DNA of 64,000 nucleotides. Source: Malacoraja senta (Eukaryota). Numbering within the stretch: the first letter of the stretch is position 1; every line of letters begins with the position of its first letter. The stretch covers positions 8,434,001 to 8,498,000 of the forward strand of contig CM075992.1 in NCBI GenBank assembly GCA_038087875.1, in the 5' to 3' direction. Below the pieces are notes generated by a model. The model ran no database searches. It worked only from the letters and a program-made list of their open reading frames with translations, and was not told where the DNA came from. Shown here piece by piece: positions 1-11,091 of the stretch. The translations under genes were made by a program, and so were the position numbers.

Positions 1-113
1 CGGCGGGGGTAACAGACGATCCGTTCTGCTCCATCATGGACTCTCTGCAGCAACACAGTGTGTGTGAAAGGTTACAGAGCGAAGAGGACTTTGACCCCGA
101 GCAGCATTTCCAG
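1..113 (+). CDS. Gene 1 stalk exon (5' end probably outside the window): AGVTDDPFCSIMDSLQQHSVCERLQSEEDFDPEQHFQ
   Basis: Open in frame 3; ends at the strong donor CAG|GTGAGC (114); phase 0 matches the next exon. Confidence 0.7.
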
Positions 114-158
114 GTGAGCAGAGTCGGGGCACGTTGAATGAATATTGCAGACGGATTC

Positions 159-1140
159 GGAGACCCCCGGTGTTGCGAAGGATGGGCCTGGCGCAGATGC
201 CACGCAATGTGCCAGTCAGCTGGACATTGCCGCCCCATCTGTCGTTCGTGGAAAGGTTCTTCCGGACCAACACCTTTGACCACATGTCCATCGGGCAGTG
301 GTCAGCACAGAACGTCCTGCAGGCACTGCAGGGAAAGGACTCGATGGATCCGGTGGCGTGGTTCCCAGAGCAGACTGCCCAGCTTGTCTGGCAAAATGCC
401 TCATCGCCAGAACTCACCAACAAGCACCAAGACCTGGCTTGGCTGGCGGTGAGGGGAGCCCTCCCAGTCAGATCCTTCCTGCACCGTCGGAACCTCACTA
501 CCAGCGCACGCTGCCCTCGGGACGGCTGCTTTGGAGAGGAGACGGTTGCCCACCTCTTTGTAGAGTGTCGATTCGCAAAGAGAGTCTGGAGAGGTCTGCA
601 AGGGGCCCTGTCACAGTTTATTCCGAACAGCTCCGTCACAGAGGACTCTGTGATTTACGGACTGTTCCCAGGGACACATTCAGAGACTGACATCGAGTGC
701 TGCTGGAGGGTCATCAACTCGGTGAAAGATGCTCTTTGGTCTGCCCGAGCGTTGTTCACCACCCAGCGGAGCGAGATGTCCGTCGGGGAATGTTGCCGAC
801 TGGCCCGCTGCAGACTGCAGGAGTACGTGCTGAGCGACGCACTGAAGCTCGGTGCAGCCAACGCCAAGGCTCGGTGGGGGAGGGCCACAGTCTAGGGTCC
901 TTCCGCTGCTGGACATGGGGGGCCAGGGTGTAGTGGAGATGCCCCTCAAAATAAGGGAAGGGATTCCACACCAGTGGACCACATAAGTGGCAAGGGTGTG
1001 GGATAAAATTGCGTAATTTGTGTAAACAGTATTGAATGTGTACAGCCTCCGAGAATGTTGGCTGGAGTCTTGTAAGGATCATGTATTGGATATATTTATT
1101 TCTCCAATAAAGTATATTTTGAAATAAAATTTTAAAAAAA
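159..1140 (+). mobile_element. 5'-truncated L1/Tx1-clade LINE (ORF2 C-terminus with Zn-finger, 3' UTR, A-tail)
   Basis: Open frame to the stop at 895 with CPRDGC...ETVAHLFVEC. AATAAA at 1106 and 1123, A-run to 1140. TSD GACGGATTC at 150-158 and 1141-1149. Confidence 0.88.
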
Positions 1141-1289
1141 GACGGATTCTAATCACCTGCATCCCGTGAGGATCAACTCGGGCCCTGGACGGCCTGTCAG
1201 CACCCAGACAGCGGAAAGACTACACACAATTACAATTGATCCTCCTGCTGTGTACAGATACAGGATCAAGGGAATAACGTTTGGTGCTG

Positions 1290-1658
1290 TACTGAGAACA
1301 TTCCACGTTCTAATGTTCGCTGTTCACCACAGACATTGTGGGCCGAAGGGCCAGTTCCTGTGCTGTACTGTTGTATGTTCTAATGTTCGCTGTTCAGCAC
1401 AGATATTGTGGGCCGAAGGGCCTGTTCCTATGTTGTAGTGTTCCATGTTCTAATGTTCACTGCTCGGTACAGACATTGTGGGCCAAAGGGCCTGATCCTG
1501 CGCTGTAGTGTTCTATGTTCTAACGTTGCTGTTCGACATGGGCATTGTGGACCGAAGGGCCTGTTCCTGTACAGTACTGTTTTACGTTGTAATGTCTGTT
1601 GTTTAGCACAGACATTGTGGGCCGAAGGGCCTGTTCCTGTACTGTTCGATGTTCTAAC
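1290..1658. repeat. 70-bp tandem repeat (~5 units) built from a LINE/SINE 3' tail
   Basis: GGCCGAAGGG-like anchor recurs at 1341, 1411, 1481, 1550 and 1620. Confidence 0.9.
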
Positions 1659-1697
1659 CAGTACCGCCTGTGCTGATGGAACTGCTTGCTCCTGCAG

Positions 1698-1875
1698 AGT
1701 ATCTCATCGTTCACCGCTCGGCTGATGGGGAACCGATCCCTGCTGGGCAACATGGACCGGGGGAAGCAGCAGGAGGCCTTGGCGTTGTCTCTGCAGACGG
1801 TGGAGAACTCGGTGATGGCCATGGTCTTCACGCTGGCCAGCGAGGAGAAGAAGAACATGTCCTTCGGCAACATCG
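1698..1875 (+). CDS. Gene 1 GAIN subdomain A exon (SISSFTARLMG...LQTVENSVMAMVFTLASEEKKNMSFGNI)
   Basis: Acceptor ctcctgcag, donor G|GTAAC; 178 nt, phase 0 to 1. Confidence 0.8.
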
Positions 1876-2509
1876 GTAACGAGTGCGGGTGAAGGGGCAG
1901 CGCTGGCTCTGGGCATCAAGCTCATCAGGAAGGCTGGGGGCAGAGTTGGATTCATGGGAGGTGAATCCACTGACGGCCTCCACAGCCTTCTGTGGCAAAG
2001 AATTGCACAGATTCACCACCCTCTGGCTAAAGAAATTTCCCCTCATCTCCTTCCTAAAGGATCGTCCTTTAATTCTGAGGCTGTGACCTCTAGACTCTCC
2101 ACTCGTGGAAACATCCTCCCCACATCCACTCTATCCAGGTCTTTTGAGTAACCTTTTGAGCATTTCTCGAATGAATGGTTCAGAGAGACAAATAGTCATA
2201 TAGCATGTAAAAGGGTCTTTCGGCCCAACTCGGGCTATGTTGAACAAAATGCCCCATTTAAGCTAGTCCTATTTGCCTATGATAGTACCATGAGTCTTGT
2301 ACTGGGCAAAATGGTGAATGGGGAGGCCAGACTACATCTGTCTTGACTTCTCTAACTTCAAGTAACCCTTGCTTCCCCCCTCTCTCCATCCCCTCCCCCT
2401 TCCCAGTTCTCCCACCAGTCTTACTGTCTCTGACTACATTCTATCTCTGTCCCACCCCCTCCGCCCTCTCCGTCCGCATCCACCCTAGTTCTCCGACTAT
2501 TTTCGCTGT

Positions 2510-2537
2510 CTGAAGAAGGGTCTCGACCCGAAACGTC
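2510..2537 (+). ncRNA. Minimal hammerhead ribozyme motif (PLE-associated)
   Basis: CTGAAGA-A-GGGTCTCGACCC-GAAACGTC; lies downstream of a DFSNFK* PLE ORF end at ~2345-2365. Confidence 0.7.
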
Positions 2538-3232
2538 ACCCATTCCTTCTCTTCAGAGATTCTGCCTGTCCCGCTGAGTTACTCCAGCATTTTATCTACG
2601 TACAGTATATATGAGACAGTTGGACAATACATGGATAGGGATGGTTTAGTGGGATGAGGACCAATTGTGGGAAAATGGGACTGAAAATCAAAACAAAAAT
2701 CTGCAGTTGCCAAAAATCTGAAACAAACACAGAAAATACTGGAAATGCTCAGGAGGTCAGTCAGTAACTGTGGAGAGGGAACCAAATCTGTGGAGAGGGT
2801 GCACGGAGGTGCAGCGGTAGAGTTGCTGCCTCACAGCGCCAGAGACCCAGGTCCGATCCTGACTACGGGTGCTGTCTGTTCGGAGTTTGTGCGTTCTCCC
2901 CATGATCTGCGTGAGTTTTTTCCGGGTGCTCCGGTTCCCTCCCACACCCCGAAGGCGTACAGGTTTGTAGGTTAATTGGCTTTGGTAAAATTATAAATTG
3001 TCCCTGGTGTGTGTGGGATAGTGTTAATGTGCGGGGATCACTGGTCAGTGCGGACTCGGTGGGCCGAAGGGCCTGTTTCCGTGCTGTATCTCTAACTAAA
3101 CTAAACTAAAACTAATCTAATCAAACCTAACAAAGCTAGCCCAAGCTTCCCCCACTGTCCCCCGCACTGCACCCCGCGTCCCGTGGACCCATCGCCCCCA
3201 CCCTCACCGTCCCCTCTCTCTCTCTTCACCAG

Positions 3233-3352
3233 AAGTCGACATGGAGGTTCTCCGGGATGGCAACGTTTCGGCTGCAGAAACCGCCACGCTGTCGGCCAAC
3301 GGCAACCGGCTGGAGGTCCCCTGGTGGGCGGTCACCCAGGGGGCAGACCCCG
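3233..3352 (+). CDS. Gene 1 GAIN exon (EVDMEVLRDGNVSAAETATLSANGNRLEVPWWAVTQGADP)
   Basis: Pyrimidine tract plus AG, donor G|GTAGG; 120 nt, phase 1 to 1. Confidence 0.82.
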
Positions 3353-3749
3353 GTAGGATCCTCACTTCCAATATTGGGTATCACGGGCAGGGGGGCGGGC
3401 AGGACACACGTGATGACCATCGCCTGATGCAACCTCGGTCTCTCCCTCCTTCTCTTCTCAACCTCTCTCCCTCTCCCTCCCTCTCCCCATCCTCCCTTCC
3501 TCCCTCCCTCCTTTCTTTCCACTCTCTTTCTCCCGCCCTCTCTCCCTCGTTCCCTCCCTGAGGTTTCCCCTGGTCTGGGAGTTTCCCACCCTGGGTGGGG
3601 ACTCTGGCCGATTGTGGGTGCTGCGGGGACTGAGTATGCAGGTGCTGATGGGTGGGTGGGTGCTGTGTCCGTGGGTGCAGAGGGTGCGGTGTCCGTGGGT
3701 GCAGTGGGTGCGGTGTCCATGGGTGCTGAGGTGTGCGTGTCTGGGGCAG

Positions 3750-3921
3750 GTCGTGTTGGCGTTGCGCTCATCGCCATGTCGCACGTGGCCTCGGTGATGA
3801 ACGACTCGCTGGACGGCGAGGGCGGCTGCACCTCAACTCTGATGTCCTGACGGCGGCGGCAACACGGGGAGGAGCCCGGCCCCTGGTGGAGCCCCTCAGC
3901 CTCACCTTCCACAACGACAAG
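3750..3921 (+). CDS. Gene 1 GAIN exon with a -1 frameshift near 3820 (GRVGVALIAMSHVASVMNDSLDGE / RLHLNSDVLTAAATRGGARPLVEPLSLTFHNDK)
   Basis: Acceptor gggcag, donor AAG|GTCAG. It is 172 nt but needs 173 nt to link phase 1 to phase 0. The GAIN-like LNS.V.T...EP..LTF segment lies in a different frame from the exon start. Confidence 0.78.
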
Positions 3922-3946
3922 GTCAGCACTGCTGTCCTGCCCCGGC

Positions 3947-4570
3947 CCACACCACCCCACCCCAATCTAACCCAACCCAACCCACCCCACCCCAATCTAA
4001 CCAAACCAACCCACCCCACCCCAATCTAACCCAACCCAACCCAACCGATCCCATGCCATCCCAACACATCCCATCCCCTCCCATCCCACCCCAACCCAAC
4101 CCACCCCACCCACCCCAATCCAACCGATCCCATGCCATCCCAACCATCCCATCCCATCCCATCCCATCCCACCCCAACCCAACCGATCCCACCCTAACCC
4201 ACCCAACACAAACCAACCCATCCCATCCCACCCTATCGAATTCCATTCAGTCCCATCCCATCCCATCACAACAAGTCCCATCCCATCCCGTCTAGTCCCA
4301 TCCCATCCTGCCCCATCCAGTCCTGCCCCATCATCCCATCCCATCCCATCCCGTCCCCATCCCACCCCATCCTGTTCTGTCCTATCTTGTCCATCCCAGT
4401 CCCATCCCGTCCTATCCCATCCCATCCCGTCCCGTCCGATCCCATCCCATCCCGTCCCGTCCTATCCCATCCCATCCCGTCCCATCCTATCCCATCCCAT
4501 CCATCCCATCCTGTCCCATCCTATCCCATCCCGTCCTATCCCATCCCATCCCGCCTTGTCCTATCCTGTC
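3947..4570. repeat. Degenerate (CCCAA/CCCAT/CCCGT)n pentanucleotide repeat
   Basis: Direct inspection. Confidence 0.95.
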
Positions 4571-5361
4571 ACATCTTGCCTTTTTTTCCTGTAAACCAGC
4601 ATCTGCACTTAGTTCCTTGTGTCCACATCTATCACTTGCCTGGCTTTGTCCTGCCCCACCCTTCTTGCAGCCACCCCCCCCCCACCACCGATTCGAATCA
4701 TTCTGCCTGACCCAAAGCATCACCTATCCATGTTCTCCAGTGATGCTGCCTGACCCGCTGAGTTACTCCAGCACCTTGTCTCTACCTCTGGAGAACGCGG
4801 CTCGGTGGGAAAGGGAGATGGTTCCTCAGCACGGAATAGTTCTGTCAGGATGGGGAGTGTTGATGTTGTCCGCCGTTGATAATGGGACAATAATGGTGGG
4901 TGTTGCCCCACACCCCCCCCCCCCCCCTCCTCCCCTCCTCCCCAATCTTTGCAACCCCTCTCCCCAATCTTTGACTGTTGCCAGACCAATTTCCCTCCTG
5001 GGATAAATAAACTTCTATCATATCGTATATCGTAGCGTGGGAGAGTCTAGGACCAGAGGTCAAAGACTCGGAATGAAAGGATGTTCTTTTAACAAGGAGA
5101 TGAGGAGGAAAATACTTCAGTCAGATCTTGGGGAATCTGTGGAATTCTTTGCCACAGAAGGCATTGGATATATTTAAGGCAGAGATAGATAGATTCTTGA
5201 TTAGTACAGGGGTTAGGGGTTATGGGGAGAAGGCAGGAGAATGCGGTGGAGAGGGGAATATCGATCAGCCATGGTTGAATGGCGCAGACTTGATGGGCCG
5301 AATGGCCTAATTCTACTCCTATTCATTGTGACTTTATGTATCGTCTCCTCTCCTCGTCTAG

Positions 5362-5532
5362 ACCATGAAGCCGCGGGTGGAGGTGGTGTGTGTGGCCCTG
5401 AACCACACGAGGGCTGGCAGCCACTGGTCACGCCAAGGCTGTAGGCTGATGAAGACCAACAGCACACACACCGTGTGCCAGTGCTCACGGCTGACCAGCT
5501 TTGCCGTGCTGATGGCCCTGTACGAGACCCAG
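5362..5532 (+). CDS. Gene 1 GPS exon (TMKPRVEVVCVALNHTRAGSHWSRQGCRLMKTNSTHTVCQCSRLTSFAVLMALYETQ)
   Basis: GPS Cys/Trp pattern and Stachel TSFAVLM; AG/GT bounded; 171 nt, phase 0 to 0. Confidence 0.93.
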
Positions 5533-5594
5533 GTACGGCACACGGTGACCACAGCGGTGACCCCACCATGCATCCCGTCTCCGCGAACACGGCT

Positions 5595-6080
5595 CCCCCC
5601 TCCCCACCCGACCCAACCCCCTCCCCACTCAACCCAACCCAGCCCCTCCCACCCCACCCCACCCACCCCTTCCCCACCCTACACCCACTCCACCCCACCC
5701 CACCCCTCCCTCTCCACCCTACCCCTCCCCACCCAACCCCACCCCACCCTCCTCACCCTACCCCACCCCCTCCACCCCACCACACCCAACCCCCTTCCCA
5801 CCCAACCCCACCCAACCCCCTCACCAATCCACCTCATCCCAACCCCCTCCTCACCCAATCCAACCCCCTCACACCCCACCCCACCCCACCCCACCCCACC
5901 CAACTCCCTCCCCACCCAACCCAACCCAGTCCCTCCCTACCCCCACCCCTCCCAATCCCCTCCCAATCCCCTCCCCACCCCACCCCAGCCCTCCCCACCC
6001 AATCTCACCCAACCCCACCCACTCCCCACCCAACCCCACCTCTCCCAACCCAAACCCTCCTCACCTCTCCACTCCACCCC
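5595..6080. repeat. C-rich (CCCCA/CCCAA/CCCCT)n low-complexity tract
   Basis: Direct inspection. Confidence 0.95.
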
Positions 6081-6324
6081 TCGGTTTAAATCAGCATCTG
6101 CAGTTTCTTCCAACACATTCCATCTGCTGAATCCTTAGCCCCGGCATTCCCTCTCCCTCTATCCCTCCCTCACCCAAGTCGCACCAGCTTCTCGTTTTCA
6201 CTCTACAAACACCTAACAATGGCCTGTTTCCTGTATCATTGTCACTTTTTTGCAAATCTTTCATTCATTGTTCTTTATCTCTCCACTTCATCGTTTATAC
6301 CTCTCGTTTCCTTTATCCCTAAGT

Positions 6325-6352
6325 CTGAAGAAGGGTGTCGACCCGAAACGTC
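6325..6352 (+). ncRNA. Minimal hammerhead ribozyme motif (PLE-associated)
   Basis: CTGAAGA-A-GGGTGTCGACCC-GAAACGTC. Confidence 0.65.
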
Positions 6353-7047
6353 ACCCATTCCTTCTCCCCAGAGATGCTGCCTTATCCCACTGAGTTAGTC
6401 CAGCTTTTCGTGTCATCTTCTGCTGAATCCTTATCCATGTTTATCCCTCTCTATCGCCTCTTGAATATCCACACTGCCACCTAGTGTTCTATCATCTGCA
6501 AACTTTAGACTACTTTGGAGATACAGCGCCGAAACAGTCCCCTCGGCCCACCTAGTCCGCGCCGACCAACGATCCCCGCACACTAACACTATCCCACACA
6601 CACTAGGGACAATTTACAATTATACCAAGCCAATCAACCTACAAACCTTCACGTCTTTGGAGTGTGGGATGAAACCGGAGCACCCGGAGAAAACCCACGC
6701 AGGTCACGGGGAGAACGTACAAACTCTGTATAGACAGCACCCGCAGTCAAAATTGAATCCGGGTCACTGGCGCCGTGAGGCAGCAACTCTACCGCTGTGC
6801 CACCGTGCCGCCCTGCTATTTCCAGTGTTTCCTGATTTATGTCCGGTTACCAGCATTTGTAGCGTTTTTGATATTTAGAGGTTGCAAGATGTGTGCGTTG
6901 TAATGACATCACTGGTTAGTTTAGTTTAGTTTAGTTTAGCTTAATTTAGTTTAGTTTAGTTTAGCTTAGTTTAGTTTTGAGACACAGCGCAGAAACAGGC
7001 CCCTAGGCCCACCGACTCCACGCCGACCAGCGATCCCCGCACACTGA

Positions 7048-7313
7048 AGGGCCTGTACCACTTGGCGATTTTTTCGGCAACTGCCGGCGTCATATCAGTG
7101 CTGCCCAAAAGATTTTGAACATTTCAAAATCCACGACGACAAACAAATGTTGCGCCGCTTGAAAAAAACACCGTGCGTCATACGTCATCACGCCGTCTCA
7201 CTGCCGCATCACACCACGTCACGCCGCATCACGCCGCACATTTTTCGGTGACCTGATTCTCCAGTCAATGTTGCCGGCAGTCGCCGAAAAAATCGCCAAG
7301 TGGGACAGGTCCT
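7048..7313. mobile_element. PIF/Harbinger-type MITE A
   Basis: TIR AGGGCCTGT(A/C)CCACTT...AAGTGGGACAGGTCCT; 3-bp flanks TGA/TAA; inside an HE1-like SINE. Confidence 0.75.
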
Positions 7314-7370
7314 TAACACTAACCAACACACACTAGCGACAATTTACAATTTTTTACCAAAGCCAATTAA

Positions 7371-7598
7371 AGGGCCTGTCCCACTTTCACCACCTAATTC
7401 ACAACCTTTTTTACTCGTGGACATTTTTCATCAGGCTAGAAAAAGCGCCCCGACCTACTTGATGTCACGAGTACTTACGACTAGCATCACGACCTACCTA
7501 CGACCTCCTACGACCTTGTGACGACCATGCTGCGAGTATGAGCCAAGGGCAAACTCGGCAGAGGTCGTGAATTAGGTGTTGAAAGTGAGACAGGCCCT
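7371..7598. mobile_element. PIF/Harbinger-type MITE B
   Basis: AGGGCCTGTCCCACTTT...AAAGTGAGACAGGCCCT; TAA TSD; removing it restores the SINE sequence. Confidence 0.82.
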
Positions 7599-7806
7599 TA
7601 ACTTACAAACCTGCACGTCTTTGGAGTGTGGGAGGAAATCGGAGCACCCGAAGAAAACCCACGCAGGTCACAGGGAGAACGTGCAAACTCCGTACAGACA
7701 GCACCCATAGTCAGGATGGACCCCGGGTCTCTGGCGCTGTAAGGCAGCAGCTCTACCGCTGAGCCACCGTGCTGTGAGGATGCTCACCCTGTTATTTTTC
7801 TTCCAG

Positions 7807-8010
7807 GACCCCTGGCATCTGCGCAACCTCAGCCTGATCTCCTACATTGGGATCAGCATCTCCCTGGTGTGTCTCTTCATTTCGTTCGTCACCTTCTTGG
7901 CGTGTCAGGCAATTCAGAGCACACGGACCACCATCCATGCCCACCTGTGTCTCTGCCTCTTCCTCGCTGAGCTCTTGTTCCTCGTTGGCATCTCACAGAC
8001 CAGCAACAAG
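7807..8010 (+). CDS. Gene 1 TM1-TM2 exon (DPWHLRNLSLISYIGISISLVCL...IHAHLCLCLFLAELLFLVGISQTSNK)
   Basis: Acceptor ttttcttccag, donor AAG|GTAAGC; 204 nt. Confidence 0.95.
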
Positions 8011-8905
8011 GTAAGCCGTCACACTCATTCAGTGTAGGGAGGAACTGCAGATGCTGGTGTCAACCAAATATAGACACAAAATGCTGGAGTAACTCAGCGG
8101 GACAGGCAGCATCTCTGGAGAGAAGGACTGGGTGACGTTTCGGGTCACACCCTACTTCAGACTAGAGTTTTACTCCAGCAATTGTGAGAATCTCTGCCTC
8201 CCACGACCGCTGTGGGTGTATTCGAGAAAGATGTTTCGGGTCGAGACCCTTCTTCAAACTAATTTAGTTTAGTTTAGTTTTAGAGATACAGGCCCTTCAG
8301 CCCACCTAGTCTGCGCCGAGCAGCGATTCCCGCACATTGACACTATCCGACACACACTGGGGAGAATTTACAATTTATGCCAAAGCCAATTAACCTACAA
8401 ACCTGCACGTGTGTTGGATGTGAGAGGAAACCGGAGCACCTGGAGAAAACCCACGCAGGTCACAGGGAGAACGTACAAACTCCATACAGACAGCACCAGC
8501 AGCCAGGATTGAACCCGGGTCTCTGATGCTGTAAGGCAGCAACTCTACCGTGTGTACTGTGGCGCAGCGGGTAGAGCCGCTGCCTCACAGCGCCAGAGAG
8601 CCAGGTTCGATCCTGACCTCGGGTGCTCACTGTGTGTGGAGTTTGTACGTTCTCCCCGTGACCCGCGTGGGTTTACTCCAGGTGCTCAGGTTTCCTCCCA
8701 CATCCCAAAGACGTGCGGGTTTGCAGGTCAATTGGCTTTGGTATAAATTGTACATTGTCCCCAGTGTGTGTAGGATAGTGTCAATGTTAGATGGCCATGA
8801 GGAGAGTTCTCTCCCCCCTGGTGGAAGTGAGTGTTGGGGATGTCCATTCACATGTTGGTGTAGAGTGGCGGGATGTTGTGTTCACGGAGTCTCTCTGTCC
8901 TCCAG

Positions 8906-9126
8906 ATGCTGTGTGCGGTGGTGGCTGGCTTCCTGCATTACTTCTTCCTGACCGTCTTTGCCTGGATGTCTCTGGAGGGCGCCCAGCTCTACCTCATGGT
9001 GGTGAAGGTCTTCAACGCCGGCTGCCTGAGGAAACGCCACATGTTGCCCGTCGGCTACGGGCTCCCGCTCCTGGTCGTCGGCATCTCCGCCACGGTGTAC
9101 CGGCAGGGCTACGGCACCCCCAAACA
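8906..9126 (+). CDS. Gene 1 TM3-TM4 exon (MLCAVVAGFLHYFFLTVFAWMSLEG...GYGLPLLVVGISATVYRQGYGTPK)
   Basis: Acceptor tcctccag, donor CA|GTGAGT; 221 nt, phase 0 to 2. Confidence 0.95.
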
Positions 9127-10551
9127 GTGAGTATCGCCACCCTGGCGTACCGCCGCCTTAGAACGAGCAACAGCGCTGGAGGGCGGCACGGTAGAGTTGC
9201 TGCCTCACAGCACCAGAGACCCGGGTTCAATCCTGACTACAGGTGCTGTCTGTACGGAGTTTGTACGCTCTCCCCGTGACCTGCGTGGGTTTTCTCCACG
9301 ATCTCCGGTTTCCTCCCACAGTCCAAAGACGTGCAGGATTGCAGGTTCATTGGCTTCTGCAAATTGTAAATTGCCCCCAGTGTGTGTAGGATGGTGTTAG
9401 TGTGCGGGGATCGCTGGTGGGCCTGTTTCCGAGCTGTGTCTCCAAACTAAACTAAACATTTGGAGAAATAGATGGATAGGAAAGGTTTAGAGGAATGTGG
9501 GCCAAACACGGGCTGGTGGGACTGGTGGAGATGGGGCATCTAGGTCGGCATGGGCGAGTTGGGCCGAAGGGCCTGTTTCCGTGCTGCGCGACTCTGCGAC
9601 TGTACGTGTGTTTGCTTTCTCCGTCTGGGCAGTGATTCTGCAACGTGCAGCAGAAACTCTCACTGGCGGTTTACTCAGATTGCGGAGAGCTGAGCAAGCA
9701 GCAGGCAGCAGAAACCACACGTGAGGAGAGGTGACCTACATCTCCGCACACTGCCTCACACCCCCGCTCTGGGCTGCCATCACTTCCTTCCTGGCAGGCT
9801 GTAGCGAGGGGCCGGCAGAGAGACTGCCCCCAGTGCCCTGCCCCCCCCCTCCCCCCTCCCCACGTGGACCTGTCAACAGGCACCATGCAGCCAGTGTTGG
9901 ATCGTGCTGTTTGACAGAGCAAGCCCCTCACCGATCCATCGACAGTGTGCTCTGTACATGTTCTACATGGACATTCTGGACTGAAGAGACTGCTCCTGTG
10001 CTGTACTATTCCACAGTCAATGTAAACCAGGACAGGAGATGGGGCGGTAAGTCTTATTGATTGGGTCAAAGGGAGAGGCCATTCAGCCCCTGGGCTTGTT
10101 GATTCCAGATCTAATATTATCCCTAGTCTGGTTCAGTAAACTACTGAGTCGAACACTGCAGTCCAAATCCTTCCATATTTGTACACAAGACCGCGGGATC
10201 TACTCACTCGAGCCCTCAGCAGCCTGGCGTAAACAGAACAGAAGGAACCAACACGCCCTAACGAAATGGGGTCGATATATAATATCGTTTATAATATCTG
10301 TACTCATCAGAACCCTAACCCTAACCCTAACCCTAACCCCCTGAAACGGCAGCGCCGAAACGGCGGCGCCGAATGGTACCATTCCGAACGAAATGATCGT
10401 CCTTATATACCCCTTCACTGTGGCACGAAAGTACAGGGACATGCAACCCCTACAAACCAATCATAGCATCTATTCTGTACACAGAAACAAAACAAAGACA
10501 TATTCGGTGAGGTAACCCCTGTGGACCAACCGTCAGTGTATTGAAACGTAA

Positions 10552-11091
10552 AGGGGCTGTCCCACTTGGGCGACCTAATTGGCGAGTTTAGAAGAGTTTG
10601 AAAAAATGACATGTTGAAGACCTCCTTCGACTATGTTGAAGACTAGCTTCGACCAGCTACGACTAGCTTAGACTATCTACGACTAACTTCGGGTAAATTG
10701 GACACCGAATAGTGGAGAGTGAAGACGACCTCCTTCGATCTCCTTTGACCTCCCTTCGACCATGATGAAGACCATCTACGACTACCTTTGACTACCCTCG
10801 ATTACCTACGACTAACATGCCGAACTACTACGGCCTACTACGACTAAACCTACGAGTAAAAAAAGTATCGATTTTTTCCATGGCGACCTTTTTTTACTCG
10901 CGGGCATTTTCTAACATATTGACAAAAACGCCGTGGCCTAGCTGAGGCCTTGAGTACGTGGAGACCACTCTCGAGCATGAAGGAGAGTTACAAAGACCTC
11001 CTACGACCTCATGTCGACCATGCTGCCTGTATGAGTCGAGTGCAAACTCGCCAGAACTCGCGGATTAGGTCGCCCAAGTGGGACAGGCCCT
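10552..11091. mobile_element. PIF/Harbinger-type MITE C with an ACGAC-rich interior
   Basis: AGGGGCTGTCCCACTTGGGCGACCTAAT...ATTAGGTCGCCCAAGTGGGACAGGCCCT; left flank TAA. Confidence 0.8.

Noticed and set aside
1290..1658. CRISPR-like 70-bp periodicity
   Set aside because: The intervening segments are homologous to each other, so it is a tandem repeat.
3923..4723. Long Gly/Trp- and Pro/His-rich ORFs
   Set aside because: Translations of pentanucleotide repeats inside an intron.
5533..6138. Pro-rich 'mucin/extensin' continuation of the 257-aa ORF
   Set aside because: It lies after the GT donor at 5533 in a C-rich intronic tract; only the GPS part is exonic.
10311..10339. Chromosome end or fusion scar
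   Set aside because: Only about 4.8 telomeric units, enclosed in a TSD-flanked insert within an intron.
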